Origin: Abditibacteriaceae bacterium
GTDB taxonomy: Bacteria > Armatimonadota > Abditibacteriia > Abditibacteriales > Abditibacteriaceae
DNA length: 18,379 nt
Direction: 5' to 3'
Assembly (NCBI GenBank): GCA_031425655.1
Contig: JANPJS010000327.1
Location: forward strand, 1-18,379
Part shown: in pieces, positions 16,892 to 18,379 of the stretch
Position numbering within the stretch: the first letter of the stretch is position 1
Layout of the letters: every line of letters starts with the position of its first letter
Notes under the pieces: model-generated
The model's database searches: none
What the model was told of the DNA's origin: nothing
The model's input: the letters and a program-made list of their open reading frames with translations, nothing else
Translations under genes and position numbers: made by a program

Positions 16892-18147
16892 TAGAAGGCC
16901 ACTTGGCCTTGCACACGTAACTCGGTTCGGTCGTTGCCGACGCCGCCGCCATCGCCCGCCACGCCCGTGCCATTCTGATGCACGATGTTGGCTTGAATCT
17001 TGGCGTTGTTGCCCTTGATGTAATAGTTCACACCAGCCGTGATTTGCTTGATCTCACCCGAAGTCGCCGGAGCCGCAGCGCCGCGACGCAGTTGAAAGGT
17101 GTCGTAACGCAACACGCCTTCGACTTTCGGAGTGAACAAGTAACCGGCGTGCGCATAATAGCCGCGCACATCGCGCGTGACATTCGGCGCCGGAGCGAGG
17201 CCAACGATAACCGAATCGCCCTTCAAATACTCAGCTTGCAAGGTCAGCTTGTCGCGCTTGTAGGCCGCGAAAGCGTTCATGACGCTGCGGTCAACGCCCG
17301 GCCCAACGTCGCCGGTGCCGCCGCTGATGCCGATGACCGTATCGCCCATATTTTTCGGACGATACATCAAACGACCGACGAAAGCTTTGTCATCTACGGC
17401 TGCCGTGCGGTTCTGGCGCTCGCCCAAACCGTTGAAAATGCCGAGTTCGTAGCCGAACTCATTGGCCGTTCCGCGCAAACGAATGCCGGTTTCGCGGATG
17501 TCGCCATAGCCGCCGCCCGACACGTCGCGCTGGCTGAACATCAAAGCGCGCTCAATGGTTTGAATGGCGCTGGACGACACCAAGTCGCCTTCGTAGCCGA
17601 TGGGAATTTTAAACTGGCCGGCGTCAATGAAAAGCGAGCCGGTGGGCTTCTGCTTCAGCATATAAGACAAAGCCAATTCCTGAAGCACGGTGCCGTTGGC
17701 GGGCAAATCCACGTTGCCGCCGCCGGCGGCTGTGGTGATGCGTCCGGGATTTTTAGCCGGGTCAATCATCACGGTGCCGGTCAGGCGCGGCGTGATGCGG
17801 CCCGTCAAGCGGATTTCAGCGCGGCGCAGACGAAAGGAATCAACCTGCTTGGCCGTAGCGGGCGGGCCGGGCAAAATATCTTCGCTAAAATAAGTGTCGC
17901 CGCGAACCTGTAACAAACCCGACACGGTCACGGGAAATTTCGAGGTCGCCGGAGTGCCGGCTTTGGCTGCCGCCTCGCTGGTCTTTTTCGCGTCGGCTTC
18001 CATCTTGTTCAAACGCTCGGACATATCGGCGATTTGCTGGCGCAACGCCGCCATTTCGCTTTGCTGCGCGTTGGCCGGCAGCGAGCTAACCATCATTGAG
18101 GCCACGAGGGCCACAGATACGCCTTTGACTGTTTTCAGTCGGTTCAC
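16891..18147 (-). CDS. Outer-membrane porin, OprO/OprP phosphate-selective porin-like
   Basis: Signal peptide and short coiled coil; SFRLRRAEIRLTG, DAGQFKIPIG, IER, LQAEY and TAGVNYY; C-terminal Phe; GTG start behind GGAGG; located in the pst cluster. Confidence 0.85.
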   Translation of the reverse strand: MNRLKTVKGVSVALVASMMVSSLPANAQQSEMAALRQQIADMSERLNKMEADAKKTSEAAAKAGTPATSKFPVTVSGLLQVRGDTYFSEDILPGPPATAKQVDSFRLRRAEIRLTGRITPRLTGTVMIDPAKNPGRITTAAGGGNVDLPANGTVLQELALSYMLKQKPTGSLFIDAGQFKIPIGYEGDLVSSSAIQTIERALMFSQRDVSGGGYGDIRETGIRLRGTANEFGYELGIFNGLGERQNRTAAVDDKAFVGRLMYRPKNMGDTVIGISGGTGDVGPGVDRSVMNAFAAYKRDKLTLQAEYLKGDSVIVGLAPAPNVTRDVRGYYAHAGYLFTPKVEGVLRYDTFQLRRGAAAPATSGEIKQITAGVNYYIKGNNAKIQANIVHQNGTGVAGDGGGVGNDRTELRVQGQVAF

Positions 18148-18238
18148 AAAAGTCCTCCTGCAAAATTTTTCGCCATGCTTTTACACCGCCCCCATCTTTC
18201 AGGGTCGGCGGCACTCGAAGACGGCGCTTATCGCCCAA

Positions 18239-18293
18239 ATTGTAATCTGTATGACTTAAAGGTTGGTTAAGGCGGCATTAAGACGAGGTTAAG
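18239..18293 (-). promoter_or_regulatory. Predicted Pho-box promoter of the porin gene
   Basis: CTTAACCT-N3-CTTAATGC-N3-CTTAACCA-N3-TTTAAGTC (TTAA at 18289, 18278, 18267, 18256), an 8-nt gap, then TACAAT (18244-18239). Confidence 0.82.
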
Positions 18294-18379
18294 CGCTGAA
18301 TTCTGAGAATCAGTCTCGAAATCCGGTATTGCGTTCAAAAACTTGATGCCTCTGTCATTCTGAGTCCTGCCCAGAGGGC

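Overview
GC-rich bacterial window; an Armatimonadota/Abditibacteriota-like host is my inference, not verified. The left part has a planctomycete-type PSCyt1/DUF1549/DUF1553 cytochrome gene plus DUF1501 on the + strand, an AT-richer accessory gap, a 716-aa coiled-coil protein and a 63-aa ORF. The right part is a minus-strand phosphate-starvation cluster: porin, an alkaline-phosphatase-fold protein lacking most catalytic residues, lipoprotein pstS, pstC, pstA, a second pstS, pstB and phoU. It has three predicted promoters made of 11-bp-periodic YTTAA boxes, each exactly 8 nt from a TANNNT -10 element. Most intergenic gaps hold palindromic REP/REPIN cores, several enclosed in terminal inverted repeats (TIRs) with target-site duplications (TSDs) resembling different IS families. 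The most unusual signal is a 19-nt motif, CCTGCCCAGAGGGCACCCG. It occurs 4 times (plus one degenerate candidate), always on the + strand, and in three cases sits as an apparent insertion in unrelated palindromic repeats.
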